A stretch of 61,834 nucleotides of DNA, the filler included, from Chiloscyllium plagiosum (taxonomy: Eukaryota), in assembly GCF_004010195.1 (NCBI RefSeq). It is 4 parts of one record of this genome, joined end to end, with 100 filler letters (N's around TTAATTAATTAA, not from the genome) between each part and the next. Parts side by side here need not be neighbours in the genome. Positions count along the whole stretch, not along the records: positions 27,578 to 49,414 come from NC_057715.1; positions 49,515 to 61,834 come from NC_057715.1; 2 more parts are not named here. The stretch is one strand, 5' to 3'. The position numbers and the translations under genes were made by a program. Of this stretch, positions 37,160-50,931 are shown piece after piece. The stretch's first letter is position 1. Each line of letters starts with the position of its first letter. The notes under the pieces are model-generated. The model was not told the origin of the DNA, did not search any database, and saw only the letters and a program-made list of their open reading frames with translations.

Positions 37160-37365
37160 AAGAAAAAATGAGGTCTGCAGATGCTGGAGATTAGAGATGG
37201 AAATGTGTTGCTGGAGAAGCGCAGCAGGTCAGGCAGCATCTAGGGAACAGGAGAATCGGCGTTTCGGGCATTAGCCCTGAAGAAGGGCTAATGCCCGAAA
37301 CGTCGATTCTCCTGTTCCCTAGATGCTGCCTGACCTGCTGCGCTTCTCCAGCAACACATTTCCAT
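37160..37365. mobile_element. Fold-back Neptune pLTR micro-insertion, hammerhead at 37277-37304 (+)
   Basis: Near-perfect inverted repeat of about 80 bp. TSD catttaaaattttta at 37145-37159 and 37366-37380. Confidence 0.9.
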
Positions 37366-39599
37366 CATTTAAAATTTTTAGCCAATTCTAATTTAAATAA
37401 ATACTCAGACATTGTGGCACATCTCAGTGATCCCCTATTTAGTCTGCACAGGAAGAATTTTTTTTCTAATAGGGGATGCATGCTGAGACATATTTTAAGT
37501 CTTATGAAAAATGCTGTTTTGAATGCAAGAGCATATATGACCTTAGATCTTGACCAGTTCATCATTCTCTGCAGTGCAAATCTTTGATCAGTGACTGACT
37601 TCAGAGCACACAGGAATAATTCTTCATTAATAGCTAAATGAAATGCAGCATATAGCAGATAGTTAACTATCTAAGTCACTGGAGTTAATATTCTCAAAGA
37701 AAATTTTAAAAGATTGTGTTCTGTATTTTACTGTCCATTATTTTACTGTTCCTAGTATACCATTAATTTATTTCATGTACTGTATGTTTTAAAGTATTAT
37801 TTGTAGATAATTACAGAGGCAATTTTTGGTGGCAAATTAAAATGGAGATTGCTGCAGAGATCATGTTTCTCATGGAATCTGCATTGATATGCTGTCATAT
37901 ATTGTTTTGAAATAAGCTTGTATGGTTACAGTTCTACAGTTTCCCATATTTCAAAAGTGAGTAAAATAAGATGGAGCTGTTAATGCGCTTGATCTTCGGT
38001 TTGCATAAGAACTGTTGTTTATGAAATACTTCACAGCTTCAGTTTGAATCTCTTTGGCAGTCATGTTGGTATATGGGAAGGGTTAAGATCCTCACAGAGT
38101 TTCCTCACAGCTCTAAGACCACACACTATTGCTGCCTATAACACTGCTAGGCAGAATTTGCTGCAAAATATCAATGAAGTTTCATTACTGTTACTTATGA
38201 ATAAATAGTACAACAACCTTAGATGAGGAAATATGGAAATAAATTATCTTCATATATTTAGGACTAAGAATGAACATAAATTGGTTTTTAGTGGTGATGT
38301 GATCATTATTAAATGCCAAACAATTTCTCTGGCACTGAAAATCAACAATTATAAGAATGGAGTATTATTCCTCCAGGTATTGAATTGCTCAGAGTGCTGT
38401 TGAAAATGTCAAATTTTATGTTGATTTTTTTTTCCCGTTTGTTTCCATTTTTCTTCCTCTCTTTATCCTATTTTTTTATTCCTTTTTAACCTGTTTCTCT
38501 ACCAACTTTGTTGTTGAATTCACCAATCTTAAGTTATTCTCCTCAATTCTACTTGCTGTTGCTTCCCTTAAAATCCTTTAAAGTCTCAAAATTGTGAGTT
38601 TAGGAGGCTACTGGGGGAGGAGGAGCGAAAGGGAACTTGCAAGGTAGAGGAAGAGGGAGGCTTCAAACAAAAGAAACCAATTTTGAACCTTCCAACAAAG
38701 GAATATTCAGCTAATGGGGAGTCAGGAAATTGTGAAATCACTGACTTAATGAATTCCTTGCAAATGAATGTGGAATCTCCAGCTTAAAGCAACATAAGTT
38801 CAAGTACTACTGTATGGGGGAAAATGTAGTGGATGTTATTGAAATGAAAATTATGACAAATGTTAAACTTTTCTGAGATGCAGTAAAAAGGGTTGTAATT
38901 GCTTGGTTAAAATGTCCAGCAATGCACATATGCAATGGAAATGCATTTGATGTGATATCACCAGGCCACAGAGATTTTGTTTTAGGTTTTTTTTTATATA
39001 GAAAAGTGCAGCAGCTGTTTTGAAAAAAAAAACTTTTACCAATTTTATTGTGCCAGTTTAAATGTTGTGTCGAAGAAATTAATGTTTTCCTTGTGCATTA
39101 TGATTTTAAATTCGATGGAAGACTGATAATTATTGAGGATCATGATGAATTCTTTGAATTTTGCTTCTATGAGAGTCCAAATACAGAAGGTGTTGTTACT
39201 GTGTAACTACAGGACTAAATACATGAGTTTGTGAGAATGAAAATGACCCATTAAATGACACAACGGCCCTTAAAAGTAAAAAATTAAAATCAAGAAAATC
39301 TCAAGTATTTTGATCCATACCTGAGGCACCCATTTGAAATGTAATCTTTGTTTATATTGCCTTTTCTTGCTCTTTGTTCCAAAATATATCACTTTATACT
39401 TCTGTATGTTAAATTTCATCTGCCACATGTCTGCTCATTCCATTTGTCTATGTATGTTCTCTTGAATTTTACCATTATTCTCCCCACAGTTCGCAATACT
39501 TCTGGTTTTGTGCAAGCTGCATATTTTATAATTGTGACATGTAATTGCTGGGTATATTCTTCGACACTTCTTCAAATGATGGTGTAAGATTTGTAAAAT

Positions 39600-39990
39600 G
39601 AAAAAACAAAATAACGGCAGATGCTGTAAATCAGAAACTAAAACAGAAATCGGAAAATCTCAGCAGGGTTGGCAGCATCTGGAGAGAAATCAGTTAATCT
39701 TTCAGGTCCAGTAACCCTTCTTCACAGCTGATGATGGTGAGGAAAATGTTGGTTTTATGTAAAGATGGGGTGGGGGGAGAGGGTGCGGGTATGAACTATA
39801 AGTGGAGATATAGCCTAAAGAGATAGAACAGTTGGACAGACGAAGGAGTGGATGATGTCAGCCTGGGAGAATGAATGGCTGCTAATAGGAACGGTTAGTG
39901 GCTAACAATGTGCAGTGTGTAATAGCAGACCATGTGATATCACAGCCTCGTGTATGGGGGTTGAGACATGGGAGAAGGTGCATCAAGCCT
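39600..39990 (-). mobile_element. Older Penelope pLTR fragment
   Basis: Runs gcagatgctg...ctcagcagggttggcagcatctg...acccttcttca. Related pieces at 45880-46060 and 47910-48010. Confidence 0.55.
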
Positions 39991-40689
39991 TTCTGCAACA
40001 TTTGCAGTTCTCCAGGCCTCTGGCTTCACCCCTGTATCTCAGAAGGATTGAAAGCTAATGGCAAGTGCCTTTATCATTCCAACTCTTACTTTCTTCAATA
40101 AGGCTGCAAATCATTGTGTTTTCATGACTTATTAACTTTAACAATAGTCAGACCTTTAAATATTTTAAATCTCTTGTTTAATAATGATTAACTCACCCTC
40201 CTTCACTACAACTTAGGTTGCAACTCTCTTTGTCTCCATGGATACACCTCTTTTTTTGGTTCCTGATCAGCACCACCTCTAATATGCCTTTAGAAGACTT
40301 CTGTATTTTATTTTATGTTAGCTGCCCATCTGTTCTCACAAGATGTGATTTTCACCTTCTGGGAGACGGAAGCAGAGGAAGTATGTAAAGAGAGAAACTC
40401 ATCCTCTTATACCTCATCGATAATGGTAACCTAGTAACATTTAAGGCCCTTAAGTGGTCAACTTCCAACCTGGTCACCTGCAACACCAATGGGCAGAAAA
40501 GGTGTTAGTTTCTCACTGGGAAACCCTGGTGCCCTGCCTGGAAGAGTGTGTGGGGCTGTAAGCCACCCCTTCTCCTGACACCCTTGTCCCCACACATTGT
40601 ACTGGCTGAGCTTATGACCCATAAGCTCCCATTTACAATACAGAATTCAACAATGGGGGAGGGGGAGTGTTCAAAAGATTGATTAAAAT

Positions 40690-41370
40690 ACGTGAAGTGG
40701 AATATGAGAAGAAACTTGCATTAAAAATGCAAGCAGACGTTTAGAGCTTCTAAAAGTATGGAGAAAGAAAAGCATTAGCAAAAATGATGTTGGTCCCTTT
40801 CTGTCTGAAAGCATTGATAATGGAGACCAAGGACGTTACAGAGCAAATAAACTTATACCTTAGTTCCTCCTTCACAGAAGAAGAGACAAATAATTTTTCA
40901 GAATTACTAGTGCAGCAATGCTGTATGGAGGAGAAGTAAGTGAAAGAAATTCAGATTAGCAAAATATAGTGCAGGAGAAATCAATTGGACTGATAGCTGA
41001 TAAATCCTCAAAAACTGATAATCTGCATCCCAGGGTACTGAAGGAGAAGGCTATAGATTTAAGGATAAGTTGGATAAGATCTTCCAAAATTCTGTAGATT
41101 CTGGAACAGTCCTCACAGATTAGAGGATAGAAAATGTTAAAAAAAAAGGAGGGACAAAGAAAGCAGGGAATTACAGACTGTCGTCTCACATCAGTAGTAG
41201 GGAAAATACGAGAGTACATTGTCAAGGTGCTGCCCCTGTGGAATTATCTGCCACAGATAATCTGCAAAAGCTAAGTTACTGAATATATTGAAAAGGAACT
41301 ACACTTCTCGTCTCTAAAGGTATCAGCGGGTATGGGGAGAGAGCAGGACTATGATGTAGAAATCAACAAT
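40690..41370 (+). mobile_element. Degenerate CR1 fragment
   Basis: EKSIGLIADKSSKTDNLHPRVLKE, GNYRL..LTSVVGK. Confidence 0.7.
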
Positions 41371-41639
41371 TATGGCTCACAATTGCCACTTGATATGGAA
41401 TAGTGTCTGCATCCCAGATTCCTGCGCCTCAACTTGGGTACATATTCTGATGTTTTTTACTCTGGATCACATTGGCATCCACCAGCTTCCATATGTTGCA
41501 GTAGTACCACATCGCCCATCCTGCCATCATTATCATATTATTTGAGCTTACAACTTGAGGCTTCCTGCTCTTGGCATTTCACTGTAATAATATTTTGTTT
41601 TCATCAATGTAATACTTAAGCAATATTTTTTGAGAAAAG

Positions 41640-44600
41640 AGAGAAGAAAAGGATAAATAGGGTGTTCACTAGGACTTTAAACTTGTGAGTCGGGGGAAGG
41701 GAGAGGGAAAGTGACAGGGAGTATGGAGTCAAGTATAAAGAAAAACAGCAGGTTAGCATGTGTGCAGGGTTTAAGTTCAAGGCAGACTAGGAATGAAGCA
41801 AAAAGAAGGATAACTGGACATATTACTAGAGATGTTGGAAATCATGAGGATAAGAAAATTAGCATTAAGTCACTTTACCTGAATGCTCGTAGTATTCATA
41901 ACAAAGTAGCTGAATTAACAGCACAAATCATTGTGAATAATTATGGTGTGGTAGGCATCACAGAGACATGGTTGCAGGAAGTTCAGGATTGGCAGTTGGA
42001 AGGATTTACAACTTATTGAAAAGACAGAGCGGTGGGCAGAGGGGCTGGGGTTGCCTTGTTAGTTAAGAATAAAATTAAGAGAATCGACGTTTCGGGCATA
42101 AGCCCTTCTTCCTGAGGAAGGGCTTATGCCCGAAACGTCGATTCTCCTGTTCCTTGGATGCTGCCTGACCTGCTGCGCTTTTCCAGCAACACATTTTCAG
42201 TTCTGATCTCCAGCATCTGCAGCCCTCACTTTCTCCAAGAATAAAATTAAATCTACGACACTGAATGACATAGGTCAGAGGCTGTGGAGTCTGTGTAGAT
42301 GGAGTTGAGGAACCACAAAGGCAAAAAACATATAATGGGAGTTGTGTACAGACATCCTAATAGTGGTCAGGACCAGGGGTGCAAGGTGTACAGGGAAATA
42401 GATAGGGCATGTCAGAAAGGCAAGGTCATGGTGATCATGGGGGACTTCAATATGCAGGTGGACTGGGTGAGTAATGTTGCGGTGGATCCAAAGAAAGGGA
42501 ATTCATGGAATGCTTGCAGGATGACCTTTTGGAACAGCTTGTGATGGAGCCCATAAGAGAGCTCCATTTAGTGCTATGTCATGAGCCAGACTTTATAAAA
42601 GATCTTACAGTAAGGGAGCACTTAGGATGCAGTGATCATAATATGGTAGAGTTCAGTTTCCAGTTTGAAAGAGAGAAGGCAAAATCGGATGTAATGGTGT
42701 TACAGTTAAATAAAGGTAATTACAGGGGCATGAGAGAGGAACTGACGGAAATCGACCAGAAGCAAAGCCTAGTGGGGAAGACAGTAGAGCAACAGTGGCA
42801 GAAGTTTCTGGGTGTAATTAAGGACACAGTACAGAGGTTCATCTCAAAGAAAGGAAATATGATCCAGGGGTGGAGGGAGGGGGGGATTAGACAATCATGG
42901 CTGAAAAAGGAAGTTAGGAAATGAATCAAAGAAAAAGAGAGAGCTATGAAGTGGCCTAAAGCGCTGGGAAATTAGAAGATTGGGAAGACTACAAAAACAA
43001 ACAGAGGATAACAAAGAGAGAAATAAGGAAGGAGAGGATCAAATATGAAGATATGCTAGCCAGTAATATTAGAAATGATAGTAAACATTTCTTTCAATAC
43101 ATAAGAAATAAACGAAAGGCAAAAGTAGAAATTGGGCCACTCCAAATTGATGCTGGAAGGCTAGTGCTGGGAGATAAGGAAATAGCTGAAGTACTTTGTG
43201 TCAGTCATCACAGTGGAAGACATGAATAACATCCCAACAATTAAGGAGAGTTAGGGGTAGAGTTGAGTATGGTAGCTATTACAAAAAAAAAGGGCTAGAA
43301 AATCTAAAAGGTCTAAAAATTGATAAAACACCTGGCTACATCCTGGAGTGCTGAGGGAGGTGGCTGAGGAAATAGCAGAGGTGTTGGTTGTGATCTTTCA
43401 AACGTTACTGGAGTCAGGAAAGTCTCAGATGATTGGAAAATCGCTGTTGTAATCTCCTTGTTCAAGAAAGGATTAAGACAAAAGATGGAAAATTATAGGC
43501 CAACGAGCCTAACCTCAGCTGTTGGTAAACTTCTAGAATCCATCATTAAGGATGAGACTTCTAAATTCTTGGAAGTGCAGGGTTGGATTAGAACAAGTCA
43601 GCATGGATTTAGTAAGGGAAGGTCATGCCTGACAAACCTGTTAGAATTCTCTGAAGAGGTAACAAGTCAGTTAGATCAAGGAAACCCAGTGGATGTTACC
43701 TATCTCAACTTCCAAAAGGCTTTTGATAAATTGCCTCACGGGAGGCTGCTAAGTAAGGTGAGGGCCCATGGTGTACGAAGTGAGCTACTGGCATGGATTA
43801 TGGAGTGGCTTGTCTGACAGAAGGCAGAGAATTGGGATAAAAGGTTCTTTTTCGGAATGGTAGCCAGTGACAAGTGGTGTCCTGCAAGGTTCAGTGTTGG
43901 GGCTGCAGCTGTTCACTTTATATATTAATGATCTGGATGAAGGGACTGGGGGCATTCTGGTGAAGTTTGCTGATGGTAAGAAGTTAGGTGGACAGGCAGG
44001 TAGTACTGAGAGGTGGGGAGGCTGTAGAAAGATCTAGATAGTTGAGGACGGTGGTCCAGAAAATGGCTGATAAAATTCAACATGAGCAAATGCGAGGACT
44101 TACACTTTGGAAAAAAGAATACAGGCATAGACTATTTTCTGAACAGTGAGAAAATTCATAAAGCTGAAGTACAAAGGAATCTGAGAGTGCTAGTCCAGGA
44201 TTTTCTAAATGGTAACTTGCAGATTGAGCCCGTGATTAAGAAATCGAATGTAATGTTGCCATTTATCTCAAGAGGGTTGGAACGTAAAAGCAGCGATGTG
44301 CTTCTGAGACTTTATAAAGCTCTCCTTAGGCCCCATTTAGAATACTGTGTCCAGTTTGGTCCACACACCTTAGGAAGGGCATACTCGCATTGGAGCGTGT
44401 CCAGCGGAGATTCACACGGATGATCCCTGGAATGGTCGGCCTAACATATGAAGAACCGCTGAGGATCCTGGGATTGTATTCATTCGAGTTTAGAAGGTTG
44501 AGGGGCGATCTAATAAAAACTTACAAGATAATGTATTGCTTAGAAACGGCAGACGCTGGGAATTAGGAGGGGTCAATTTAGAGTGGAAATGAAGAGACAT

Positions 44601-44828
44601 TTCTTCAGCCGGAGAGTGGTGAGTCTGTGGAATTCACTGCCACGGAGCACAGTGGAGGCTGGGAAGCTAATTGTCTTCAAGGCAGAGATTGATAAATTCT
44701 TGATCTCGCAAGAAATTAAAGGCTGAAAGGAGAGTGCGGAGTTGAAATGCCCATCGGCCATGATTGAATGGCAGAGTGTAGTCAATGGGCCGAATGGCCA
44801 AATGTCCACTCCTATGTCTTATGGTCTA
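41640..44828 (+). mobile_element. Long CR1 copy (nearly complete ORF2 with stops and frameshifts, plus 3' UTR)
   Basis: YLNARSIHNK, GITETW, MGDFN, SDHN, NYRPTSLTS, QHGFSKGRSCLTNL, FADG, LYKALLRPHLEYC. Tail cctatgtcttatggtct. Confidence 0.93.
42079..42236. mobile_element. Fold-back Neptune pLTR micro-insertion within the CR1 endonuclease; hammerhead at 42112-42139 (+)
   Basis: TSD aagaataaaattaa at 42065-42078 and 42237-42250. Hammerhead CTGAGGA-A-GGGC-ttat-GCCC-GAAA-CGTC. Confidence 0.9.
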
Positions 44829-45879
44829 AGCATTGGAAAGCCGAAGACAAACTGAAGACCTTTTACTTCAAAGCTGACTTTAAATCCTACTCACTAATTA
44901 GCTTCTTCTCTTGCACTTGTCATGCTGTGGTTTGTGACATTAATCCACTGCTGAAGGTCGCTCTCTCGATCCACACCTTCTGTCTCCTTCTATTTACCTC
45001 TCAGCATGGACAGTTTACTTATTGCAATAAACCCTAGTGAAAGGATCTCTGTCCCCCTTTTCACCAAATTCCAACTTTGAATGAAATTTCCAACAGTATT
45101 GTCAGAATACTCATTTGGCCTTAACTTCACACTGCTGAGGTCTCATGTGCATTGACCATGCTCCTTACTCACACCTAAGGGAGCAGACTTGTGCATGACC
45201 TACACATACCATTCTATGTTGCTGTGGCATAGGGAACGTTACATATGCCCACACGATCTATCTTCCATTGTGTTTGCTACATAATAACTTCAAATGCCAT
45301 GTCCATTTTACCCAGCAGATTATGTACATTTCACCATCCATCCGCTTATTGCTAAATTTCACCATTATTACTGTTTTCACGTTGTCATAAGACCCAGTCT
45401 GAGAGCAGGATCAACAAAGGGAGCATTTTTACCCTTCAGGTATATCAGGGAACACAAGCTGAGTTTTCATTTGTTTTATGCAAAGCTGAAATAAAAATGA
45501 ATTACAAAGAATTATTCAGCTCACGGTGTCTATTAGGTGCCGGCTTCAACTCAAAGCTATTTTTTTCAATATTCTTTCCTTTCACCTCTTGTAATGTTTT
45601 CATTCTTTCAAGAATTTATCTAGTTCCTTCTTAAATGTCACAACTGGCTCATCTTTAAAAAACACTTGTAGTTGGCACTCTATATGCTAATATTCCAAAA
45701 TAAGGCCAAAAGAGTTCTTCAGGATTTTATGATATAGATCACAATTGCTGGATATTAAACTATAGGCCGCTGCTTAAGCTGCGGTCTTGTACTTTTAAAC
45801 TGAGCATTTTAGAGCAGATATTTTGTTGAATTCTGCGCTTCCAGCATCCAATGTACTGTTCTAACTCTAACCATTCTTT

Positions 45880-46060
45880 AATAAAACAAAGAGCTGTGGA
45901 TACTGGAAACCTGAAACAAAAACACAAATTGCTGGAGAAACTCAGCAGGTCCATGGAGAGAAAGCAGAGTTAGCATTTCGAGTCCAGTGACCCTGCTTCA
46001 GAACCTCCTAAACATTAACTGTTTCTCCACAGATGCTGCCAGGCCTGCTGAGTTTCTCAC
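45880..46060. mobile_element. Older fold-back pLTR micro-insertion
   Basis: Inverted pair gagaaactcagcagg / cctgctgagtttctc. Confidence 0.55.
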
Positions 46061-46209
46061 TAGACCCTTGGAGCTTAATTATTTTCGAGAAACCTCTGTC
46101 CTCTGTGCAGAGTAGGAATTTAGCTTCACCACTATTTCTCTCTTTTCTATTATAAATGCTCCTGTTTCTTCTTGTAATGGAACTGTGTTTGTCTTTGCAA
46201 ATCTTCTAA

Positions 46210-48740
46210 AGTTGAGATTTCTTCACCAAGAAAGCGGTGAATTTGTGGAACTTTCTACTACAGAAAGCAATTGAAGTCAAGAAGGAGTCAGATGTGGTTC
46301 TTCCAGAATTAATTGATCAAAAGATATGGGGATAAACAGGGAGCAGGGTACTGAGGTTAGATGATCAGCTATGATCGTACTGAATGGTGGAGCAGGCTCA
46401 AAAGGCTGAATGGCCTATTCCTGCACCTATTTCCTATATTTCTGCACTTTGGCAATTTTCTAAGTGCCCTTCTTTGATGTAATACTATCTTTAATCTCTG
46501 CTGTTAGCCATGGCTCTGACAGATGTTTTAATCTCACACTAGTCATTGCTGATTTGCTGTTGAACCTTTTAATGATTTTTTAAATATAATCCACCACAGC
46601 CAATTTCCTCCTTGTAACTTCATAATTTCTCTTCTTTAAGTTCTTAGTTTCAAGTTGAAATCTATTTTTTCAAACTCAATAGAAAATTCAATCAGAGTAT
46701 AATCACTATTTCTTAAAGGCTCTGAATACCACCTGTAATCAAGACTTATCAATTAGCCCTTATTCATTCCCTAATACTGGATCAGCCTGTGTCCTGGTTA
46801 TTTTAGAACATAGAACATTACAGCACAGTACAGGCCCTTCGGCCCTTCATGTTGCACCGTCCTGTCATACTAATCTGAAGCCCATCCCACCTACACTATT
46901 TCATGTACGTCCATATGCCTGTCCAGATTTATTTTAACACCAGATTGCTTCAAAAAATTATTTCAAGCACGTTTCAGGAATACATTCTCCATGCCTTATC
47001 CAGACTCTATGTAGATTGAAGTCACCCATGATTACTGCATTCCACCTGCACATACACCTCTGATTTTCAGGATCTATATTATGCCTTATGTTATCACATG
47101 TTTGGTGGTCTATAAAACACCCTTACCAATGTTTTCTGCTCCTTGTCCTTTCTTAACACCATCTGAACACACTCTGCATCCTGTTTATCTGACGAGTAAA
47201 CCTCTCTCACTAATACACTGAACTAGACCCTTATTACCAACACAAATCCATTTCCTTTTCATTTTCTGTCTATCCCTTTTAAATGTTGAATATCCTTCAA
47301 TATTTAGTTTCTTGTATTGGTCACCTTGCAACCATGTCTGTGCAGTGACAATTTAAATCATTTCCTTTAACTAGCACCATCAATTCACCGATATTGTTCT
47401 TAATACTGTATGCATGTAGACACAGCACAATGTTTTTAATATTATTCGGTAAGCTGACCCTAGTTGATTCCAGGAATTATTTTTGCTGCTTTCTCTTTTA
47501 ATTAAGGCTTTTCCATTTTCCCTGCAGCGTAGAACGTTGAGGGGTGACATTATTGAGGTTTATAAAATCATGAGGGGCATAGATAAGGTGAATAGCAAAG
47601 GTCTTTTCCCTAGGATGGTTGAGTTCAAAACTAAAGGGCATATTTTGAGGTTGGAGGATAAAGATTCAAAAGAGACCTGAGGGACAACCTATTCAAACAG
47701 AGAGTGATTCGTATGTGGAATGAACTGCCAGATGAAATGTTTACAACAGTTACAACATTTAAATGACATTTGGAGCGGTTCATGAATAGAAAAGGTTTAC
47801 AGGGATATGGACCAAACACAGGCAAGTGGGACCTGTTTAGTTTGGAAACTTGATTGGTATGGACAAATTGGATCGAAGGATCTGCTTCCATGCTGTATGG
47901 CTCTATGATAGAGGCCACAGAGAGAGAAGAACAGTTGGACAGACAAAGGAATCGATAACGACTTGGCTGGGACGGTGAATAGCTGTTAATGGAGACTGTT
48001 AGTGGCTAATAGTATTTAATAGAGATGAGTGGGTCATTCTCAGGCTTGCAGGCTTTGACCAGCGGGTTACTGCAAGGATCAGTGCTTAGATTCCAGCTGT
48101 TCACAGCTATATCAATGATTTGCTTTTGGGGACCAATTCCAACTTTGATGCTGATAGAAACTTGGTTGGAATATGATTGTGAAGATGATACAAAGAGGCT
48201 TCAAGGAGATTTAGACAGCACTGGATGACTGGGCAGCAGCATGGCAGTTGGAATATAATGTAGATAAGTGTGAGATTATGCACTTTGCTGGGAGGTACAA
48301 TGATGTAAAATATTTATTTAACTGGTGAGGGATTGGAAAGTGTTGATGTGCAAAGCGATCCAGGTATTCTTGTTCATAAATCACCGAAAGTTGGCATTCA
48401 GGTGCAGCAATAATTCAAATGGCCCTTCATTGCAAAACAATTTGAGTGAAGGCTCAGAGAAATACCATTTCACTTGTATTGAACCCTAGTGATCCCTGCA
48501 TTGGGAGTATTTTGTGCAATCTCATCCCCTTGGTTAAGAAAAGATATGTTTGCGTAAAGGGGCTGCAGGGAACGTTCACCAGACTGATTCCTGGGAAGGT
48601 GGTACTATCCTATGAAGAGACATTGAGGAATCTGGGCCTGTATTCTGTGGCATTCAGTAGAACTTGAGACAATCTCATCGGAAAACAAAATGTGTAACGA
48701 GATAGAATAGACACAAAAAGAATGTTTAAGATCCTGAGTG
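46210..48740. mobile_element. Cluster of CR1 fragments (+ at 46210-46445, - at 46450-47460, + at 47515-47910, + at 48005-48740)
   Basis: ORF remnants FSLQRRTLRGDIIEVYKIMRGID and LTSGLLQGSVL. A reverse GDFN motif (gttgaagtcacccat-like) lies at about 47015. Confidence 0.75.
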
Positions 48741-48743
48741 AAC

Positions 48744-49101
48744 TGAATTGAATTGAATTTATTGTCACGTGTACCGAGGCACAGTGAAAAGCTTTGTCTT
48801 GCGAGCAATACAGGCAGATCACAGAGCTAAATAGCATAGATAAGTAAATAATAGGTAAACAGCGGCAAAAACAAAAACACAGATATAGTCAAATGTGAGG
48901 AGTTTGTGAGTCCATTCAGTATTCTAACAACAGTAGGGGAGAAACTGTTACAAAACCAGCTGGTGAGTGTGTTCAGGCTTCTGTACCTTCTCCCTGATGG
49001 TAGAGGTTGTAGAAAAACATTGCCAGGATGGGATGGATCTTTCAGAATGCTGGCGGCCTTTCCTTGATAGCGGGCCTGGTAGATGGATTCTATAGATGGG
49101 G
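48744..49101 (-). mobile_element. Rex1/Babar-like LINE 3' end
   Basis: PPSIESIYQARYQGKAASILKDPSHPGNVFLQPLPSGRRYRSL...NSFSPTVVRILN. Tail aataaattcaattcaattca. Confidence 0.8.
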
Positions 49102-49414
49102 GTTGAAACTTTATTGCTGGAACAGCACAGCAGGTCAGGCAGCATCCAGGGAACAGGAGATTCGACGTTTCGGGCACAGGCCCTTCTTCAGGAATGAGCA
49201 GAGAGTGTTCAGCAGGAGAAGATAAAAGGTAGGGAGGCGGGACTTGGAGGAGGGGCGTTGGAAATGTGATAGGTGGAAAGAGGTCAAGGTGAGGGTGATA
49301 GGTCGGAGTAGGAGAGGTCAAGAAGAAGACTGCAGAAGACTGCAAGAAAGTGAGGTCTGCAGATGCTGGAGATCAAAGTTGAAACTTTATTGCTGGAACA
49401 GCACAGCAGGTCAG
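49102..49414 (-). mobile_element. Neptune pLTR in partial tandem, hammerhead at 49164-49191
   Basis: Same subfamily as 27328-27980 and 52446-52837. Confidence 0.85.
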
Positions 49415-49514
49415 NNNNNNNNNNNNNNNNNNNNNNNNNNNNNNNNNNNNNNNNNNNNTTAATTAATTAANNNNNNNNNNNNNNNNNNNNNNNNNNNNNN
49501 NNNNNNNNNNNNNN

Positions 49515-49991
49515 AGGTGGATAAATCCCCAGGACCTGATCAGGTGTACCTGAGAACTCTGTGGGAAGCGAGAGAAGTGATTGCTGGATCTCTTGCAGAG
49601 ATATTTGTATCATTGATAGTCACAGGTGAGGTGCCGGAAGACTGGAGGTTGGCAAACGTGGTGCCACTGTTTAAGAAGGGTGGTAAGGGCAAGCCAGGGA
49701 ACAATAGACAGGTGAGCCTGACCTCGGTGGTGGGCAAGTTGTTGGAGGGAATCCTGAGGGACAGGATGTACATGTATTTTAAAAGGCAAGGACTGATTCG
49801 GGACAGTCAACATGGCTTTGTGCGTGGGAAATCATGTATCACAAACTTGATTGAGTTTTTTCAAGAAGTAACAAAGAGGATTGATGAGGGCAGAGCAGTA
49901 GATGTGATCTATATGGGCTTCAGTAAGGCGTTCGACAAGGTTCCCCATGGGAGACTGATTAGCAAGGTTAGATCTCATGGAATACAGGGAG
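49515..49991 (+). mobile_element. Young CR1 RT fragment
   Basis: DKSPGPDQ...VPEDWRLANVVPLFKKG...QHGFVRGKSCITNL...FSKAFDKVPH. Confidence 0.92.
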
Positions 49992-50630
49992 ACCTAGAGG
50001 TACCATTGTGAACCACCCCAGCTGTCCAGGCAACTGGTTTTGCAAGGACTCCAAGTTGCACAGCAACACGATGTGTCTCACCATGTTGTAGCTTTGAGCT
50101 AAGAACGGTAATGGTAGAAGCTCCAGTTTCTTTTCATCACATGTCTGACCAGAAATCTTTCCCGCTCTTAATGCCTGTCATTGGTGTCGTTGAAAGGAAT
50201 TGATACTCAATCTGTTTTGCTGCAATATGATGCATCTACCTTGGACATCAAAGCCTGAAGTGGGACTCCAACTTGGAGCTTCCATTTCAGAGGCAGGATG
50301 TTACCCAATTTATCACGATTTCATACAATAATATATTACATTATAACTTTGAATTATACCCATGCCTACTGCAATAAATTACAGTGTATAAGAACTTCCT
50401 TTAGTAATACTTGTGTGTTATACCATGGAATCCACTGTCATAAAGTTAATATATCAGAAAGTCCACAGGCCATTACTTCTTGCTGATTCTCTGTGGAGCA
50501 ATGCATCAGTCCCATTTCCCACGTCCCTGTAGGTCTGTCAATTTGTTCCCTCAAATGCCTATCTAATTTTCTTTCAAAATCATTTATCATCTCTGCTTCC
50601 ATTGATTATCTCTGATTCCACTATTTCATA

Positions 50631-50931
50631 GGCACGGTGGCTCAGTGGTTAGCACTGCTGCCTCACAGCACCAAGGTCCCAGGTTCAATTCCAGCCATGG
50701 GAGACTATCTGTGTGGAGTTTGCATGTTCTCCCTGCGTCTGCGTGGGTTTCCTCCGAGTGCTCCAGTTTCCTCCCACAGTCCAAAGATGTGCAGGTCAGG
50801 TGAATTGGCCATACTAAATTTCCCGTAATTTTCGGTGCATTAGTCAGAGGGAAATGGGTGGGTTACTCTTTGGAGGGTCAGTGTGGACTTGTTGGGCTGA
50901 AGGGCCTGTTTCCACAGTGTAGGGAATCTAA
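50631..50931 (+). mobile_element. HE1 SINE
   Basis: Runs ggcacggtggctcagtggttagcactgctgcctcacagc...ggcctgtttccacagtgtagggaatcta. Confidence 0.9.

Noticed and set aside
50631..50700. tRNA-like sequences with A and B boxes (also 14800-14871 and 31556-31625)
   Set aside because: They are HE1 SINE heads continuing into the V-domain, not tRNA genes.
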